Assembly: GCA_964016885.1 (NCBI GenBank)
Contig: OZ024743.1
Span: 290,904,001-290,968,000, forward strand
DNA length: 64,000 nucleotides
Direction of reading: 5' to 3'
From: Eledone cirrhosa
Taxonomy: Eukaryota
The notes under the pieces are model-generated. The model ran no database searches. It was not told the DNA's origin and saw only the letters and a list, made by a program, of their open reading frames with translations. The position numbers and the translations under genes are program-made. Of this stretch, positions 1 to 13,089 are shown piece by piece (the first letter of the stretch is position 1; each line of letters opens with the position of its first letter).

Positions 1-398
1 ACCCCCCACTGATTTTATAGACATCTGCTAGCTTAAGAGAAACTTATTGACAAGGAATGGTATGCCTTCCGGAACCTGTTTATAGAATTCTGTCTGCCTT
101 TGTTACTCTAAAAACATAAATAAATATAAATTAACTATAGCTATGTAGAATTAGCTTTTAATGAATTCCCTTCTCTATCAACCAATGACCTGCACCCATC
201 CCACTCCCCACCCTCTCCTACCACTTGTAGAGACCTATAAATACCATATTTATTTTTTGATACCCAGATTCCTGATGATTTCTAATGAATGAAACAGTTC
301 TAGTCCTGTAGAATCTCATCTATATTAAAACTGTTATACTCTGCTATGTATTGAGTACCTTACTTACTGTGGTTACCTCCGATTCAACCCGGAATAAC
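1..398 (+). mobile_element. 3' end / pseudo-LTR of a Penelope-like element, ending at (TA)n
   Basis: 265-397 is nearly identical to 32671-32803 and contains a hammerhead motif. The 3' end abuts (TA)n at ~400-432. Confidence 0.7.
266..316 (+). ncRNA. Type I hammerhead ribozyme, predicted GUA cleavage after 310
   Basis: Stem I AGATTC/GAATCT, core CTGATGA, stem II TTC-taat-GAA, GAAA, stem III CAG/CTG, then TA. Confidence 0.85.
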
Positions 399-431
<33 letters not shown>

Positions 432-434
<3 letters not shown>

Positions 435-2340
435 CGACGATGAATTAGTTTTGCGAGGTTTTTGATATGTAATCGTGTGTCGAAACAAATATTGTTATAC
501 TTGGGGAGGGTCATATTTGCAATATGGGCTAGTATCAAAACTACCCTAAAGGGCCACATATTCAAATTCAACGAGAAGATCTACACCCAAAATGAGGGAG
601 CAGCCATTGGCGTCAACACAGCTGGTGACGTTGCCAATCTTTCTATGTTATGGTGTGAAAGGAGACTCAAAGATCCCCCTGATGAGAGCTCCATAGACCT
701 CAACATGTACTCACGTTATGTAGACGACATCAATATAGTAATAAGGACATCCCCACAAGAGAGTACTGACAAGTTTGATTTAGAACGTAGCACAAAGGAA
801 AACATCCAGCATATAGATAATTCCATACCAGAGAGTATAACTGTAACTATCGATTACCCTTCCAAACACCCTAACAATAGACTACCTGTATTATACACGA
901 AACTCTTTATTAACACTATAGACGAGAGAGCCCACATTCTCCACTCACACTATGCTAAACCCATGGCCTCCAAATACCTGATACTCAAAATCTCAGCAAT
1001 GTCCAGTAGTGCTAAGTTTAATATTCTGATCGCAGAATTGGTGCGAGTGATGAAGAACGTGTCTCGCATGTGCGACCCAACATAAATGGAAAGATACATC
1101 CCACACTTCATCAACCGCATGCAGTTCTCTGGCTACAACCAAAGAGAGAGAATCAGAGTATACGAAGGGGCCACGGAGAGGTATAAGACCCTCATAGAAC
1201 TGGACATAAAAGAAATTTGCCCATTATACAGGAGCAAATACTGGAATAGCTTAGATGGGACTAGACATTAGATAGGGAAATCCACCTCATGTTACGACAA
1301 CCAGAGATACCATAGTGTCATATTTGTGGACGCTACCTCTGGAGGGAAATTACCTAACCAGTGTGGAAAGGCCCTGAGAAAGACCCACTTAAAGATTAAG
1401 GTGGTAGAAAAGCCAGGAAACACCATAACATCGCTAATCCGCAACCCTACCCTTTTAAGAAAACACACTGTACTAATAGGATATGTATTATATGTAAAGT
1501 GAACCCCCGGATAAACTGTAAAACTAGAAACGTAGTCTATATCATAAGATGTACAGAGGGCACATGCAGAAACATGACAACAACATACAAAGGCGAGACA
1601 GCTCGTAGCATAGGTGAAAGGATAGACCAACTCTGAGGGGAACTAAATGGACGGAAAAACGGTTCAGTACTATACGAACATGCCAGACAACAACACGACG
1701 GTAACATAGACAACATAGAAATTAGAATAATATCTAAACATAGAAATGACCCGGCAGATAGGCAAATCAGTGAGGCGGGTAAAATTGAACTTAGAAGGCC
1801 AATGCTAAACAGAAAAAATGAATGGAATAACAACAACACCCAAACAAACAACACTGACCTAAGAGAAGTATAAATAAATAAACAAATACACAAGCACAAT
1901 AGCAAAAAACACATATAAACACACACTAGTAAACTAAGATAGAATACAATGACCAATACACAGTCACCCAAACACGAACACACATCAAACAAAACACTAT
2001 ACAGACACGCAAACGCATGCGCAGAGAAGACAAACAAACAAAAATAAACAGACTAAATAAAAACGGCGTAGGCATACACTACAATGGGAGGAAACAAAAT
2101 AGCACCACTGACGATGCTGCAGATGTGCAACGAAAGAAATGTGTTAAACTATATATATGTGTTTGTGTCTATATTGTATCTGTGTGTGTGACCGTTGGTC
2201 AGTCAATGGTAACATTGAGGACCGAATAAATAAAATTAACCGATATAAAAGACTCAGAAGCGAAAACCAACCAAACAGTGAGTGTGTTCTGTTATTAATT
2301 CTGTCAATATTATTACACAAATATGACCCTCCCCAAGTAT

Positions 2341-2347
<7 letters not shown>
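432..2347 (+). mobile_element. 5'-truncated Penelope-like element (RT + C-terminal GIY-YIG) with an inverted copy of its 3' end at the 5' side
   Basis: RT motifs GAAIG and YSRYVDD. EN-like YKGETARS..SVLYEH..H..RQISEA..LNRKNEW at ~1585-1830. Positions 488-521 are the reverse complement of the 3' terminus (~2317-2347). Both ends sit in (TA)n. Confidence 0.85.
521..1870 (+). pseudogene. PLE RT/GIY-YIG ORF, disrupted by stops and frameshifts
   Basis: ORF pieces 462-1085 and 1086-1271, plus an EN reading frame at ~1540-1870 with an internal TGA. Confidence 0.85.
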
Positions 2348-2391
<44 letters not shown>

Positions 2392-2397
<6 letters not shown>

Positions 2398-4066
2398 CTC
2401 CACCTCATGCAATACATCATAGAGAGGGTAGGGTGTAAACCTGGCTTCGGTGGGGCACTGATCAATTTAGATCAATCGAAACATTCGATAGGGTCGGCAC
2501 CTTATTGAAGGAATATGAAAGGTTGACAGCAGCCTAACTTAACACGGAAAAGTTGGTGGGCTTGCAGCTCGGAACCTGGAGAGGCAAGCCTATGCCGTTC
2601 AACAGCGTCGAGGGGCGCTGGACGGACGGACCGGTTAATTTTCTCGGGTTTTGGTTCGGACCAGACCTCCAGGTGAAAAAGAATCGGGACGAGGTAACGA
2701 GCAGAGTAGCCAGTCTCACCCAAAATGGGCTGGGAGGAGCTATCACTGAAATATCGCTCGGAGGTGGCGAATGCATACATTGCGTCCGTCATCTACTACC
2801 GCCTGACCGTCGTGCCTTGCCCCCGTCCGCGCCTCGTCAAGTTGGAACGGCTTCTCTTCAAATTCTTGTGGAGGGGACAAGTTCGATTGGTGAGGCGGTC
2901 CATCTGCTGCCAGAACCCTCTACGCGAGGGCTGGGCATGCCGTGGCTAATGATGCCCAGACATGCGTTGAGGCTGCGACATCTCCAGATATTCTGGCTAA
3001 ACGGTGAACAGGTGTGGTCGCCGTTTATCAGACAGGCCTTTCCGCAGCTCGTTTCTTTGACTGAGCTGCTGTCCTGGGTCAAGAAGAGACCGAGACTGGG
3101 TGACTGGCGCCTGGAATGTTGCCAGGCACTCACTGCCCTCTACCAAGCGGGCAATGCGATCAGTGGAACTTCCACTCTCGAGTTCTATAGAGGATTAGTG
3201 GTCGGCAAGTGCGATGACGCACTCGGAGAAGCTTTGGGCCTCGACGAAGTCGAACTGACCAGTCTGTTCCGGAGGACTTTCGAGCAGAAATCACTCGCTT
3301 GGCAGTGCTACCGGGGGGCTCTACCGGTTCGGGATCAACTCTACGGGCACGGAAATGCTGTTAGACGGACCTGTCCAAGATGCGCACAGAACGACGAAAA
3401 GGTACAGAACGCACTTGTCTAATGTCCGCGCATTACTGACTTGTGGAGTTATGTCGCACAGCTACTGTCGCGTGTGGAAATAATCCGGCTATCGGCTGAG
3501 TCCATAGTGAAGATCGAACCGCCCTCTTCTTTAGGTCAGGAAGACCAGGTAATTTTCCTCTATCTGGTGGCCGTTGCGAAAGAGGTTATATGGTCGACCA
3601 GATTAAAAGGACTGAAGACAGACACTTTTCTCTTCTGCCAATCCCTCATCAACTTATTCAAGTTTCAACTGGAAAGGAAGGTGAGGGTGGAGAGAGAAGC
3701 GCTGCCCACCAGTACATTTGCTAAAAGGTGGATGAATGTGGCGAGAATGGTCCATGTGAATGGGCCTACTCTGACCATGCACCTATAGGCTAGCTAACTT
3801 GAGGAGAGGGGTGCTCTCCCTGGGTGCCCTAGAAGCGCAGGGCGGTTCAAGATTGGTGGGGTACCCGAGTTACCCCAGGGTCGTCCACCCTCTATCGGGG
3901 AATTTATTTTGTTATATTTATGCATAATTTATTTTATATTTGTATATCTTCATTGTTAAATTAGTCTTGCCATAGTGCACTTTTACTCGACCTTATTGTA
4001 AACCCCCACTGTCCCTCTCTTTGTATTGTCCTATACATGTCGGCCCTTGTGGCTAATAAATGAAAT
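2392..4066 (+). mobile_element. 5'-truncated, internally deleted Tx1/L1-clade LINE (ORF2 3' part and 3' UTR)
   Basis: The translation aligns with ORF2 at 6651-10088 (NLHLMQYIIERVG, GLQLGTWRGKPMP, LAWQCYRGALPVR, CPRC). A deletion at ~2505 skips the YADD region. AATAAA at ~4055. Confidence 0.92.
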
Positions 4067-4400
4067 CATTATTATTATCATTAATATCAACATGAATACT
4101 AAAGGAAACACATGAAGGATGTGGCTTCCTGAAAATCAAAATTGAAAAACGAAATACAAATATTTCTCGAAGTCATTGGCACTGAACATATGATAAACCG
4201 TTTTACGGATGAATTTTACATGTATTTCCTACGTGAATTTTCAGTCGCAAATCATTGGTGTAAAAGGTCCTCTCATATCCCTATCCCCTACAATCTCTCT
4301 CCCTCTCTCTTTCTGTCTCTCTCCTTCATTTTCTCTCTCACTTCATCTATCACTCTTTCTCCCAATTCTCTCTCACTTGTGCTGTCTTTCTCCCTCAGCA

Positions 4401-4500
<100 letters not shown>

Positions 4501-4850
4501 ATCAATCTAGCTGTCGTCTGTTCTACAGTGTGGATGTCATTCACTTCGCACAGAAGTTTTGTTCAAATTTATTGAGGAAATTTTGTGAGTTCAAACTTAA
4601 TTTTGATACAATTGTGTAGCTTGACCCTCCGTCTGAACTGTCAGGCGGTGGGTCAGCTCATCTTTACCCCTCCTAGAGGTGAAAAACCTGTTTTAAAAAA
4701 AATTTTGTGTAAAAAATTTCAATCGTCTAACAGAAATGTTAAACGCAGCGAACGAAAATAGTGGTGGGGGGGACAGCGGTAAGAGTTGTAAGCTCGCACG
4801 CTTTAGTCCTCCCTTCCTTCCCAACTAACGTCATAGAGAAGGAAGGAAAA

Positions 4851-6617
4851 ATGAAAATAAAAACGGACGAATCTGCGGAGAAAAAATTAAATGTCGAAAA
4901 CAACGAAGAAAAAAAATTTGAAAAATTGCATGACAATACTAATAACACAAACAAAGACACAACAAACAAAAAAATAACAGTTGAAAATAACATAATATCA
5001 GAAAACAAAGCAGACGACAAGATTTCATTTGCACAGAAAACAAAGAAATCTTTGACTTATATAGCGGAAAACATTTCAGATGTGGTACGAAGGATCACGG
5101 ACGCAAAACAATACATAAGTGAAGGTGAGAATGGTATTTTATTGGTAAAAATGCCTCAAGAATTCACGAAAGACATTGAAAGCCGAACGGTCAAGTTTCG
5201 GACCATCAACAACAGTACAAAAAAACCTGAACAGCCTTCTCAAGCAGATATCAAAACAGTACTCGCAGAAGTACTGAATGAAACAACTTTCATAAGAAAA
5301 GACAGACTGTATGGAAGCCTAGCAATTATCATGAAGAACGAATCGGCGGCAAAAAAATGTGCTTTGTCACCGATTCGTTCGAAAAATTTCACCTTTTATC
5401 CATCTTATATGGGGAAAAAAACTCAACGCATATGGCTGGATGCAATGATGCCAGATGTGGACTACTGCTGGCTCATAGCTGGCTTCATCGATCCAGTGAA
5501 TGACAACGTGATTTCCATTGGGAAAACCACAGGCAATGCGTTCAGTGGAACAGGTATAGAGCTGGTAGTACAAATGAAGCCTGAACGCATCGCCCAAATA
5601 CCCGACAGAATCCTATTAGAGGACCACGGGTATATAAACATTAGCGTGGAGGGGAGAAGGCCGTCCTGCCATATCTGTGCAGGCAGAGGGCACCTGAAGG
5701 CCGCTTGTCCCCAACTCAACAAAAAGAAAACCCTGCTACCAACACCAGCTCCACCACCACCACCACCACAACAGATAAACAAACAACAAAACTCAGTCCC
5801 ACCCAACCCGTCCCTCAGTAACACCACAACACCACCACAACACAAACAGTCACAACACATTACCCCAAAACAAAATACAGGCCCACCCAACCTCTCACTC
5901 AATAAAACAACACAACCACCGCAGACACAACACACAACACAGTCTAACATAGTGACATCCATCTCCCCCACAAAGAAAACCAACACGGAAACATTACCAG
6001 CAAACATACCTCTTCCCTCCAACACTGAAGATAACCCAACGAATTCGGAGGAAGAAACGGAGTCCTTCAGACAGATTAAAAGGAAAAAAAGAAAACATGT
6101 GCAAAACACACAAGGACAAACAACCCCCACCCAAATCGCAACACAATCTAACAAAACAGAAAACACCCCTCCAGCAACAAACAAAACCAAACCTGCCCCT
6201 CCCCTCTTCGAAACACTCACACCATCGGAAAAAAAGACATTACACTATACTTACATCAACAGAAACAATAATAAATTAAATGAACTCATATACAATAATC
6301 CTTCGGTACAAACCGAAGGTGTAAACTTTGTTTCATCAGAAAACCACCCACATTTAAAACTAATAAAAATCCCAATGAACCTCTACCAAAAACTAAAAAA
6401 GGATTTTAAGGAGGACGTAGGACCACCCTCTGTCAAACCCATAAACCGCGTCCTACTAAAAAGCTTTCCCCCTCCCCTTCCCCTCCCCAACACAACTCCA
6501 AACACCCCAACCCCACCACACACCGACGACCCCACACCACCACAAGACACCCCTTCACCCAACACCCCCGACCCCATGGAAGTCGTGCAACCCGAACCCC
6601 GGGAAGCGGAAAGGTAG
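4851..6617 (+). CDS. LINE ORF1p (gag-like, CCHC zinc knuckle, Pro/Thr-rich C-terminus)
   Basis: Open frame with the first in-frame ATG at 4851. CHICAGRGHLKAAC matches CX2CX4HX4C. It ends 33 bp upstream of ORF2. Confidence 0.88.
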   Translation: MKIKTDESAEKKLNVENNEEKKFEKLHDNTNNTNKDTTNKKITVENNIISENKADDKISFAQKTKKSLTYIAENISDVVRRITDAKQYISEGENGILLVKMPQEFTKDIESRTVKFRTINNSTKKPEQPSQADIKTVLAEVLNETTFIRKDRLYGSLAIIMKNESAAKKCALSPIRSKNFTFYPSYMGKKTQRIWLDAMMPDVDYCWLIAGFIDPVNDNVISIGKTTGNAFSGTGIELVVQMKPERIAQIPDRILLEDHGYINISVEGRRPSCHICAGRGHLKAACPQLNKKKTLLPTPAPPPPPPQQINKQQNSVPPNPSLSNTTTPPQHKQSQHITPKQNTGPPNLSLNKTTQPPQTQHTTQSNIVTSISPTKKTNTETLPANIPLPSNTEDNPTNSEEETESFRQIKRKKRKHVQNTQGQTTPTQIATQSNKTENTPPATNKTKPAPPLFETLTPSEKKTLHYTYINRNNNKLNELIYNNPSVQTEGVNFVSSENHPHLKLIKIPMNLYQKLKKDFKEDVGPPSVKPINRVLLKSFPPPLPLPNTTPNTPTPPHTDDPTPPQDTPSPNTPDPMEVVQPEPREAER

Positions 6618-6650
6618 GTCTCTACACTCTCCTTTGGCTCTGCCGCCCAC

Positions 6651-9600
6651 ATGGATGTGTTAAGAGTAGGATGTTTGAATGCACGTGGCCTGGGCTCAAC
6701 TTGGAAGCAAGCAAAGCTTCTAAATGACCTCAGGTCATGTAGTATAAATGTAATGGTTATCTGTGAGACTCGAATCAGCGTCATGCGGCAGCTGGCCCCC
6801 ACCTTCGATGACTTTGAGGTGCATGCATCTCTCTGTCAACCTGGAGGTGGGGGTGGGGTTGTCGTGCTGCTGCAAAAACACCTGGGTCTTGACGTACAGG
6901 TTGTGCACTCGGACCCGGAGGGTCGTTTGTTGGTGCTAGACGTTGGCAGTAGTGAAAGTGCGGCCTTGAGACTGGTCGACGTCTACTCCCCTTTCGGAGC
7001 TGAACGGCCCGACTTCTTCCAGCGTTTGGAGACTTTTCTGGGAACGTCGCGTTCCCTGCTTCTAGCGGGGGATTGGAATGACATCCTGGATGCACGTTGG
7101 GACTATGCAGGAGCATGTCCTAATAGAGGGGGGTGTAACAGCCTCAAGGGGTTACTCGACCGTTTTAACTTGGTCGATAGATATCGACTAGATTTTCCAA
7201 CTGTGCCTACCTGGACTTGGAGAAACCACAGTGGTCAATCTAGATCGTACTTAGATAGATTCTTAGTTAGAAGTAAGGATAGGGACATATTAAGCTGTCC
7301 AGAAATGCGCACGGTTGGCTACACGGATCACAAATTAGTGACCTGCGTGGTCAATCTCGAGAAAACACATAGACAGGGTCCCGGTTACTGGAAACTTAAT
7401 TTGTCTTTACCGGCAAAAGAGACTTACAGAAACCGGATTAGCAGATTAGTTAAGGAGAGGTTGACGGGTGCAATCGTCAACAACCGATGGTGGGCATCTC
7501 TCAAAAGAGAGATTAGAACAGAATCAATAAGTTATAGCAAGATGTTAGCTGCCAATAGGAATAGAAACGAGAAAGAATTAACAGGTAAATTAGAAGAGGC
7601 AATCAAGAGCGAAGATGTGGCCAGAGTGCTGGCATCGAGGACGGCCTTGAACCAGTTTTTCGATGCAAAGCATGAAGGCTGCGTCATTCGAAGTAAAATA
7701 CGTGCTCTAGGTAATGAGGGGGCCAAAGCCGTTGGATGGGCTCGCGTGACAGAAGCTAAAAGTGGAAATCGATCCACCATCCGGTCGTTGCAAGACGAAG
7801 ATGGACGAGTGATCCGGGAGCCTAAGCAGATGTGCGAGGCCTTTCAAAAGCACTTTGCCCGATTGTTCGGGGGAGGCGAGGGTCCGGGCCGGGGCGTGGA
7901 TTTCGGTCCATACCTCGACGGCCTGCCGCGTCTCTCGAACAAAGAGGCAGAGTCCTGCGAGGGACCAATCTCGGCTGATGAGATCGGAGATGCGCTGAGC
8001 CAATGCAGCAGACGCAAATCTCCAGGTCTTGATGGTATACCTTACGAACTTTATTTAGCAATGCCGGTCTTCTTCTCCGAACTCCTCGAAGCGGTCTACT
8101 GCAATTGGCAGCAGAACGAGAGAATTCCTTGTTCTGTAGCCAAGGGCGTAGTCACGCTGGTGAGGAAGGACGAGAACAAGGGGGATAGTATAAATAATTT
8201 TCGGCCCATAACCCTGCTAAACACAGAGTTAAAGATTTTGGCCAAGGTGTTAGCAAAGAGGTTGGCGCTTGTCGTGGGTGGCCTGGTGGGAGATGCGCAG
8301 ACATGTGCTATCCCATCCAGGTCCATTCACGATAACCTCCACCTCATGCGATACATCATAGAGAGGGTTGGCAACAAACCCGGCTTCGGTGGGGCCCTGA
8401 TCAACTTGGATCAGTCTAAGGCCTTCGATAGGGTCGACCATGGTTACCTGGATGCGGTGCTAGCGGCGGCTGGGTTCGGTCCTGTTTTCAGAGGCTGGAT
8501 CACTGCCCTACATAGCAACCACATCTGTTCTAGGATCAAGGTGAACGGCTACCTTTCGAAGCCGTTCGAAATCACACGATCCATTCGACAGGGGTGCCCT
8601 CTCTCCTCCCTTCTGTACGTATTGACTCTCGAGCCTTTACTGAGGAAGTTGGAGTTGTTGCAGGGTATCCCCCTGGAACCAGGATTGAGCAAAGCGGTGT
8701 CGGCCTACGCCGATGACGTAACAGTAATGGTATCAACCGACTCGGAGATCGAGGCGATCGGTACCTTACTGGAGGAGTACGAAAGGTTGTCAGGAGCGAA
8801 ACTGAACCGGGAAAAATCCATCGGGCTGCAACTCGGAACGTGGAGAGGCAAACCGATGCCTCCTGACGGTGTCGTCGGACACTGGACGGAGGGCCCGGTA
8901 AAGTTGCTTGGGGTCTGGTTTGGACCGGACCTCCAGGTGGAAAAGAACTGGAACGAGGTTACGAACAAGGTGTTTGCACTAACCCAGAAATGGGCCAAGT
9001 GTAAGCTGTCCCTAAAAGGCCGGGCGGAGGTGGCGAACATTTACATAGCGTCCGTCACTTACTACCGCCTGACTGTCGTGCCTTGCCCTAAGGAAACACT
9101 CACCACCATGGAACGCATGCTCTTCCAATTTCTTTGGAAGAAGCGTCCTCCTATGGTGAGAAGATCCATCTGCTGCCAACAACCTTCGAAAGGAGGTCTG
9201 GGGATGCCGTGGTTGATGATGCGTAGGCACGCATTAAGGCTACGGCACCTACAGGTATTCCTCACTGGTCAACCGGTGTGGGCCCCGTTCGTGAAACGAG
9301 CCTTTCCGAGACTCGTCTCACTCACCGAGCTACAGTCCTGGGTCAAACAAAGATCCGGAAAACTGGGAGACTGGCACACTGAGTGTGCTCAGGCGCTCAG
9401 GGCTCTCTGGCAAGCGGGCCGGGCCATCGGTGGAGAATCCACCTCATCATTCTATAGAGGGCTGGTGGCTAGCAGGGGCGATGACACCCTTGGAGAGTCG
9501 CTGGACATGGAAGAAGACGAACTGGCCAGCCTGTTCGGTAGGACTTTCGGCCCAGGACCAATGGACAACTTCCAGAAGTCACTGGCCTGGCAGTGCTACC

Positions 9601-10088
9601 GAGGGGCTCTACCCGTTCGAGAGAGGCTCTACAGACACGGGCGCCCGGGCAGGGATCCCTCAAAAAAGATTTGCCCTAGATGCGTGCGTCACGAAGAAAC
9701 CGTGGCGCACGCATTGGTGCAATGTCCGGGCGTGGCTGATCTGTGGGGCTACGCCGAACAACTGCTGTCGCGGGTGGCGCCGATTAAATTGACCGCCGAG
9801 TCCGTGATGACAATCAAACCGCCTCCCCTCTTCACAAAGGAAGCAAAGGCGGTTTTTCTGTGCGTAATAGCCATGTTGAAAGAGGTTGTTTGGTGGACAC
9901 GATTGAAAGGTCTGAGGTCAGGCAACTTCCTCTCTAGCCATAGTCTGGTCTACTTCTTCCGATATCACTTCGGAAGAAGGATAAGAATGGAGAGAGAGGT
10001 GCTTGGCCACAGGCAGTTTTATGAAAGGTGGGTGATAGTGGCGAGAATGGCTCGTGTAAATGGGCCTTCTCTGTATACCATCCTGTAG
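6651..10088 (+). CDS. LINE ORF2p: APE endonuclease + reverse transcriptase + C-terminal zinc finger (1145 aa)
   Basis: APE motifs LNARGL, ICET, GDWN, YLDRF, TDH. RT motifs KSPGLDG, FRPITLLN, DQSKAFDRV, RQGCPLS, YADD. C-terminal CPRC..ETVAHALVQC. Confidence 0.97.
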   Translation: MDVLRVGCLNARGLGSTWKQAKLLNDLRSCSINVMVICETRISVMRQLAPTFDDFEVHASLCQPGGGGGVVVLLQKHLGLDVQVVHSDPEGRLLVLDVGSSESAALRLVDVYSPFGAERPDFFQRLETFLGTSRSLLLAGDWNDILDARWDYAGACPNRGGCNSLKGLLDRFNLVDRYRLDFPTVPTWTWRNHSGQSRSYLDRFLVRSKDRDILSCPEMRTVGYTDHKLVTCVVNLEKTHRQGPGYWKLNLSLPAKETYRNRISRLVKERLTGAIVNNRWWASLKREIRTESISYSKMLAANRNRNEKELTGKLEEAIKSEDVARVLASRTALNQFFDAKHEGCVIRSKIRALGNEGAKAVGWARVTEAKSGNRSTIRSLQDEDGRVIREPKQMCEAFQKHFARLFGGGEGPGRGVDFGPYLDGLPRLSNKEAESCEGPISADEIGDALSQCSRRKSPGLDGIPYELYLAMPVFFSELLEAVYCNWQQNERIPCSVAKGVVTLVRKDENKGDSINNFRPITLLNTELKILAKVLAKRLALVVGGLVGDAQTCAIPSRSIHDNLHLMRYIIERVGNKPGFGGALINLDQSKAFDRVDHGYLDAVLAAAGFGPVFRGWITALHSNHICSRIKVNGYLSKPFEITRSIRQGCPLSSLLYVLTLEPLLRKLELLQGIPLEPGLSKAVSAYADDVTVMVSTDSEIEAIGTLLEEYERLSGAKLNREKSIGLQLGTWRGKPMPPDGVVGHWTEGPVKLLGVWFGPDLQVEKNWNEVTNKVFALTQKWAKCKLSLKGRAEVANIYIASVTYYRLTVVPCPKETLTTMERMLFQFLWKKRPPMVRRSICCQQPSKGGLGMPWLMMRRHALRLRHLQVFLTGQPVWAPFVKRAFPRLVSLTELQSWVKQRSGKLGDWHTECAQALRALWQAGRAIGGESTSSFYRGLVASRGDDTLGESLDMEEDELASLFGRTFGPGPMDNFQKSLAWQCYRGALPVRERLYRHGRPGRDPSKKICPRCVRHEETVAHALVQCPGVADLWGYAEQLLSRVAPIKLTAESVMTIKPPPLFTKEAKAVFLCVIAMLKEVVWWTRLKGLRSGNFLSSHSLVYFFRYHFGRRIRMEREVLGHRQFYERWVIVARMARVNGPSLYTIL

Positions 10089-10727
10089 GTAAAGAAGTAA
10101 AGGAGAGGGGAGCACCTTCTCCATGTGCTCCCCGGGCAAAGGATTGCACACTTTTTCGGGGGTGTGTGCAACCCCCATCACGTCCCCTCCCTTTTGAGGT
10201 TATTTTCGATTATTTTCATGTTACACCCTTTTTACTCGATTATATGTAAACTCCCCCTTTGTATTTGTCCCTTCTTTTTATGCCTTTATGGTAAATAAAG
10301 AAATCTATCTATATATATATCTATCAATCAATCTCTCTCTCCCCCTCTCTCTCTCTCTCCCTCTCTCCCTCTCTCTCTCTCTCTCTCTCACTCTCTCTCT
10401 CTATCTGGGGTCATCTTTGCTCTTGCTCAGAAAGCATATAATATTCAAATGAGTTTATAAATTATTGTTACCCACGATATTAATAGTAATTAATTAATTC
10501 TATATAATCATGAAACTGAATACTGAAATTTACTCGAAATAGAATAAGACTATATAAAAAGAAGTCGCAAGGGACATTGAACAGTTCAAAGAATGTAAGA
10601 CGAAATACATTTGAAGGTTACCTTAGATAACGAACTAAATAATAACTAATAATTATTCTGATTTGAAAATCAACTAGAGCGTGTTTTATATTGGTAACAT
10701 TGACAACATGACCATCCTCAAATGTAT

Positions 10728-11040
<313 letters not shown>

Positions 11041-11260
11041 ATATGAAAACGATAGCATTTTAAAAAAGAAAAACAATATAAAAACATGGAAGAATAGTCG
11101 TAGAAGTTTAAACACCTAAAAATACAATAAAAAGGTTGTTTAATACTTCTTAGAAAGTCTTTTTTCAAATAAGCATGTGTACAAAATCCTATTGTGTTAA
11201 AAATATATATAGTGCCATTACTATTATATATAGTAGCCATGCCTGTATATTCTTTTCATT

Positions 11261-11379
11261 CTCACAAGCTCCGATGAATTGACTGGTTATAACTTTGTAT
11301 TGGTGATCGAATAACGTGAAAACAAGCGGGTAGCGATCTCTTGACCTACCAGTTCAGAGAAACAATTGTCAGCAATGAG
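11261..11379 (+). ncRNA. Hammerhead-like ribozyme with CCGAUGA core and long stem II
   Basis: Stem I ctca..GCT/AGC..tgag, core CCGATGA, stem II base TGACTGGT/ACCAGTTCA, GAAA-CAATTG-TC. The downstream sequence ends at (TA)n at 11600. Confidence 0.6.
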
Positions 11380-11597
11380 ATTAAAAACCTTTTGTGTATA
11401 GCAAACCGTGTCACTCATCTTTCTTATTTATCATTACTCCAAGTGTTTACAACATAGGATTACAGCGTACTCGCAACATCACTATGGAAACGCCTTGTTA
11501 AGTCAAACTTAGCCAAGCCTTGATATCATCCACTACCCGGAGTACCATAACTGGACTACACTTAAGTGGACTTCCTATAACAATAATCTGTTACCCC

Positions 11598-11987
<390 letters not shown>

Positions 11988-12956
11988 TGTTTAATCATTA
12001 TAATTATTTGAATGCAATCGAGCAGTCCTTCATGCATATGTTGTTATTATGAGAACGGTATTCTTAGATGAAATCCGATTTAGTTATATGCTGCCGGCAG
12101 GATAAAACACACGTCCTTCTGCTTGTGTGTCCAGCAAACTCAGAATTCGAACATGGTGTGCAGAGACCCGAGACAAATTCCAATATATTTAGCGGGATGC
12201 GCTTACGACTCAACCAATTCAACACATTTAACATATCCAGGCGAAAATGTTTCGAGGGTTATTCCTTGTCCTATTTTGAGATATATATTTTCCTTTTGCA
12301 TATATTGGGACCAGGAAGATGAGCTTCGAAATCATCTTCCATTTTCAATTTATTTAATATTGATGTGCTTTAGATATTTTTTTCTAGAATAATTCTTTTT
12401 CAGTGTCCATGCTGGGCGACCATTAATATATATCCATATATAATTATTAATGGTTTTGATCTTAATAGTGTCGTTACTGTTCATTACTGCTGTTATGTTG
12501 GAAATAATAGCGATATTACGGCAGTTGTTCATAATATACCAATTCTTCATAATTTCCTTCCCTCGTCTGCGAAGCGGCAAGTTAACATTAGAATTATTAT
12601 CCGACAATGCAGATACGCAAATCTGTGTTATAATGAAAACAATTTATTTTGTAAAGACATAAACAACTAATAATTATTGATATTTATAGGCATACATGGG
12701 TAACAATACAGAAATATAAACCAAAGAAAAATAATACGAAAGACACAACACACTCAGAATATATAACTTACATGACAAACATAAATATAGCAGACAAGTG
12801 AGATGGTTGTTTTAATATTGTCCCTCAAATGGCAAATTGGCTGGTAGTAGTAGTATAAGTATGACAGAAGACGAAACAAAGCAGGAGGAGATATGATGCT
12901 AAGGAGTAAAGAATTACGAAGGCGGGGGAAATTACCAGGATCAGGATAATACAAAT

Positions 12957-13075
12957 AATTGTTTCTACTTTTGGCACAAGGCCAGCAATTGTCTGTGTGT
13001 ATTACTGGTACTTTATTTTATCGACCCCTTAAGGATGAAAGGCAAAGTTAACCTCGGCGGGTTTTGAACTCAGTC
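12957..13075 (-). mobile_element. tRNA-derived SINE, partial copy in tandem with the next copy
   Basis: Reverse complement of the 3' two-thirds of the SINE at 21609-21800. Confidence 0.85.
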
Positions 13076-13089
13076 CGTATAATACAAAT

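Larger units (their letters stand above)
4508..10302 (+). mobile_element. Full-length Tx1-like (L1 clade) non-LTR retrotransposon
   Basis: Two intact ORFs, AATAAA at ~10294, and an exact 27-bp TSD ATCTATCTATATATATATCTATCAATC at 4481-4507 and 10303-10329 within a (TC)n/(TCTA)n tract. Confidence 0.95.

Noticed and set aside
1630-1640. In-frame TGA in the PLE endonuclease as possible selenocysteine (as in Naiad PLEs)
   Set aside because: The copy has other stops and frameshifts, the TGA is not at a Cys position, the EN is C-terminal rather than Naiad-like, and no SECIS was recognised.
2104-2146. CTGACGA..GAAA hammerhead-like motif in the PLE 3' region
   Set aside because: No valid NUH site or stem I pairing. 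It is probably a decayed HHR, so it was not called.
5462-6220. 252-aa antisense ORF and other ORFs overlapping the LINE
   Set aside because: Shadow frames of the C/A-rich ORF1 and GC-rich ORF2 with no recognisable motifs.
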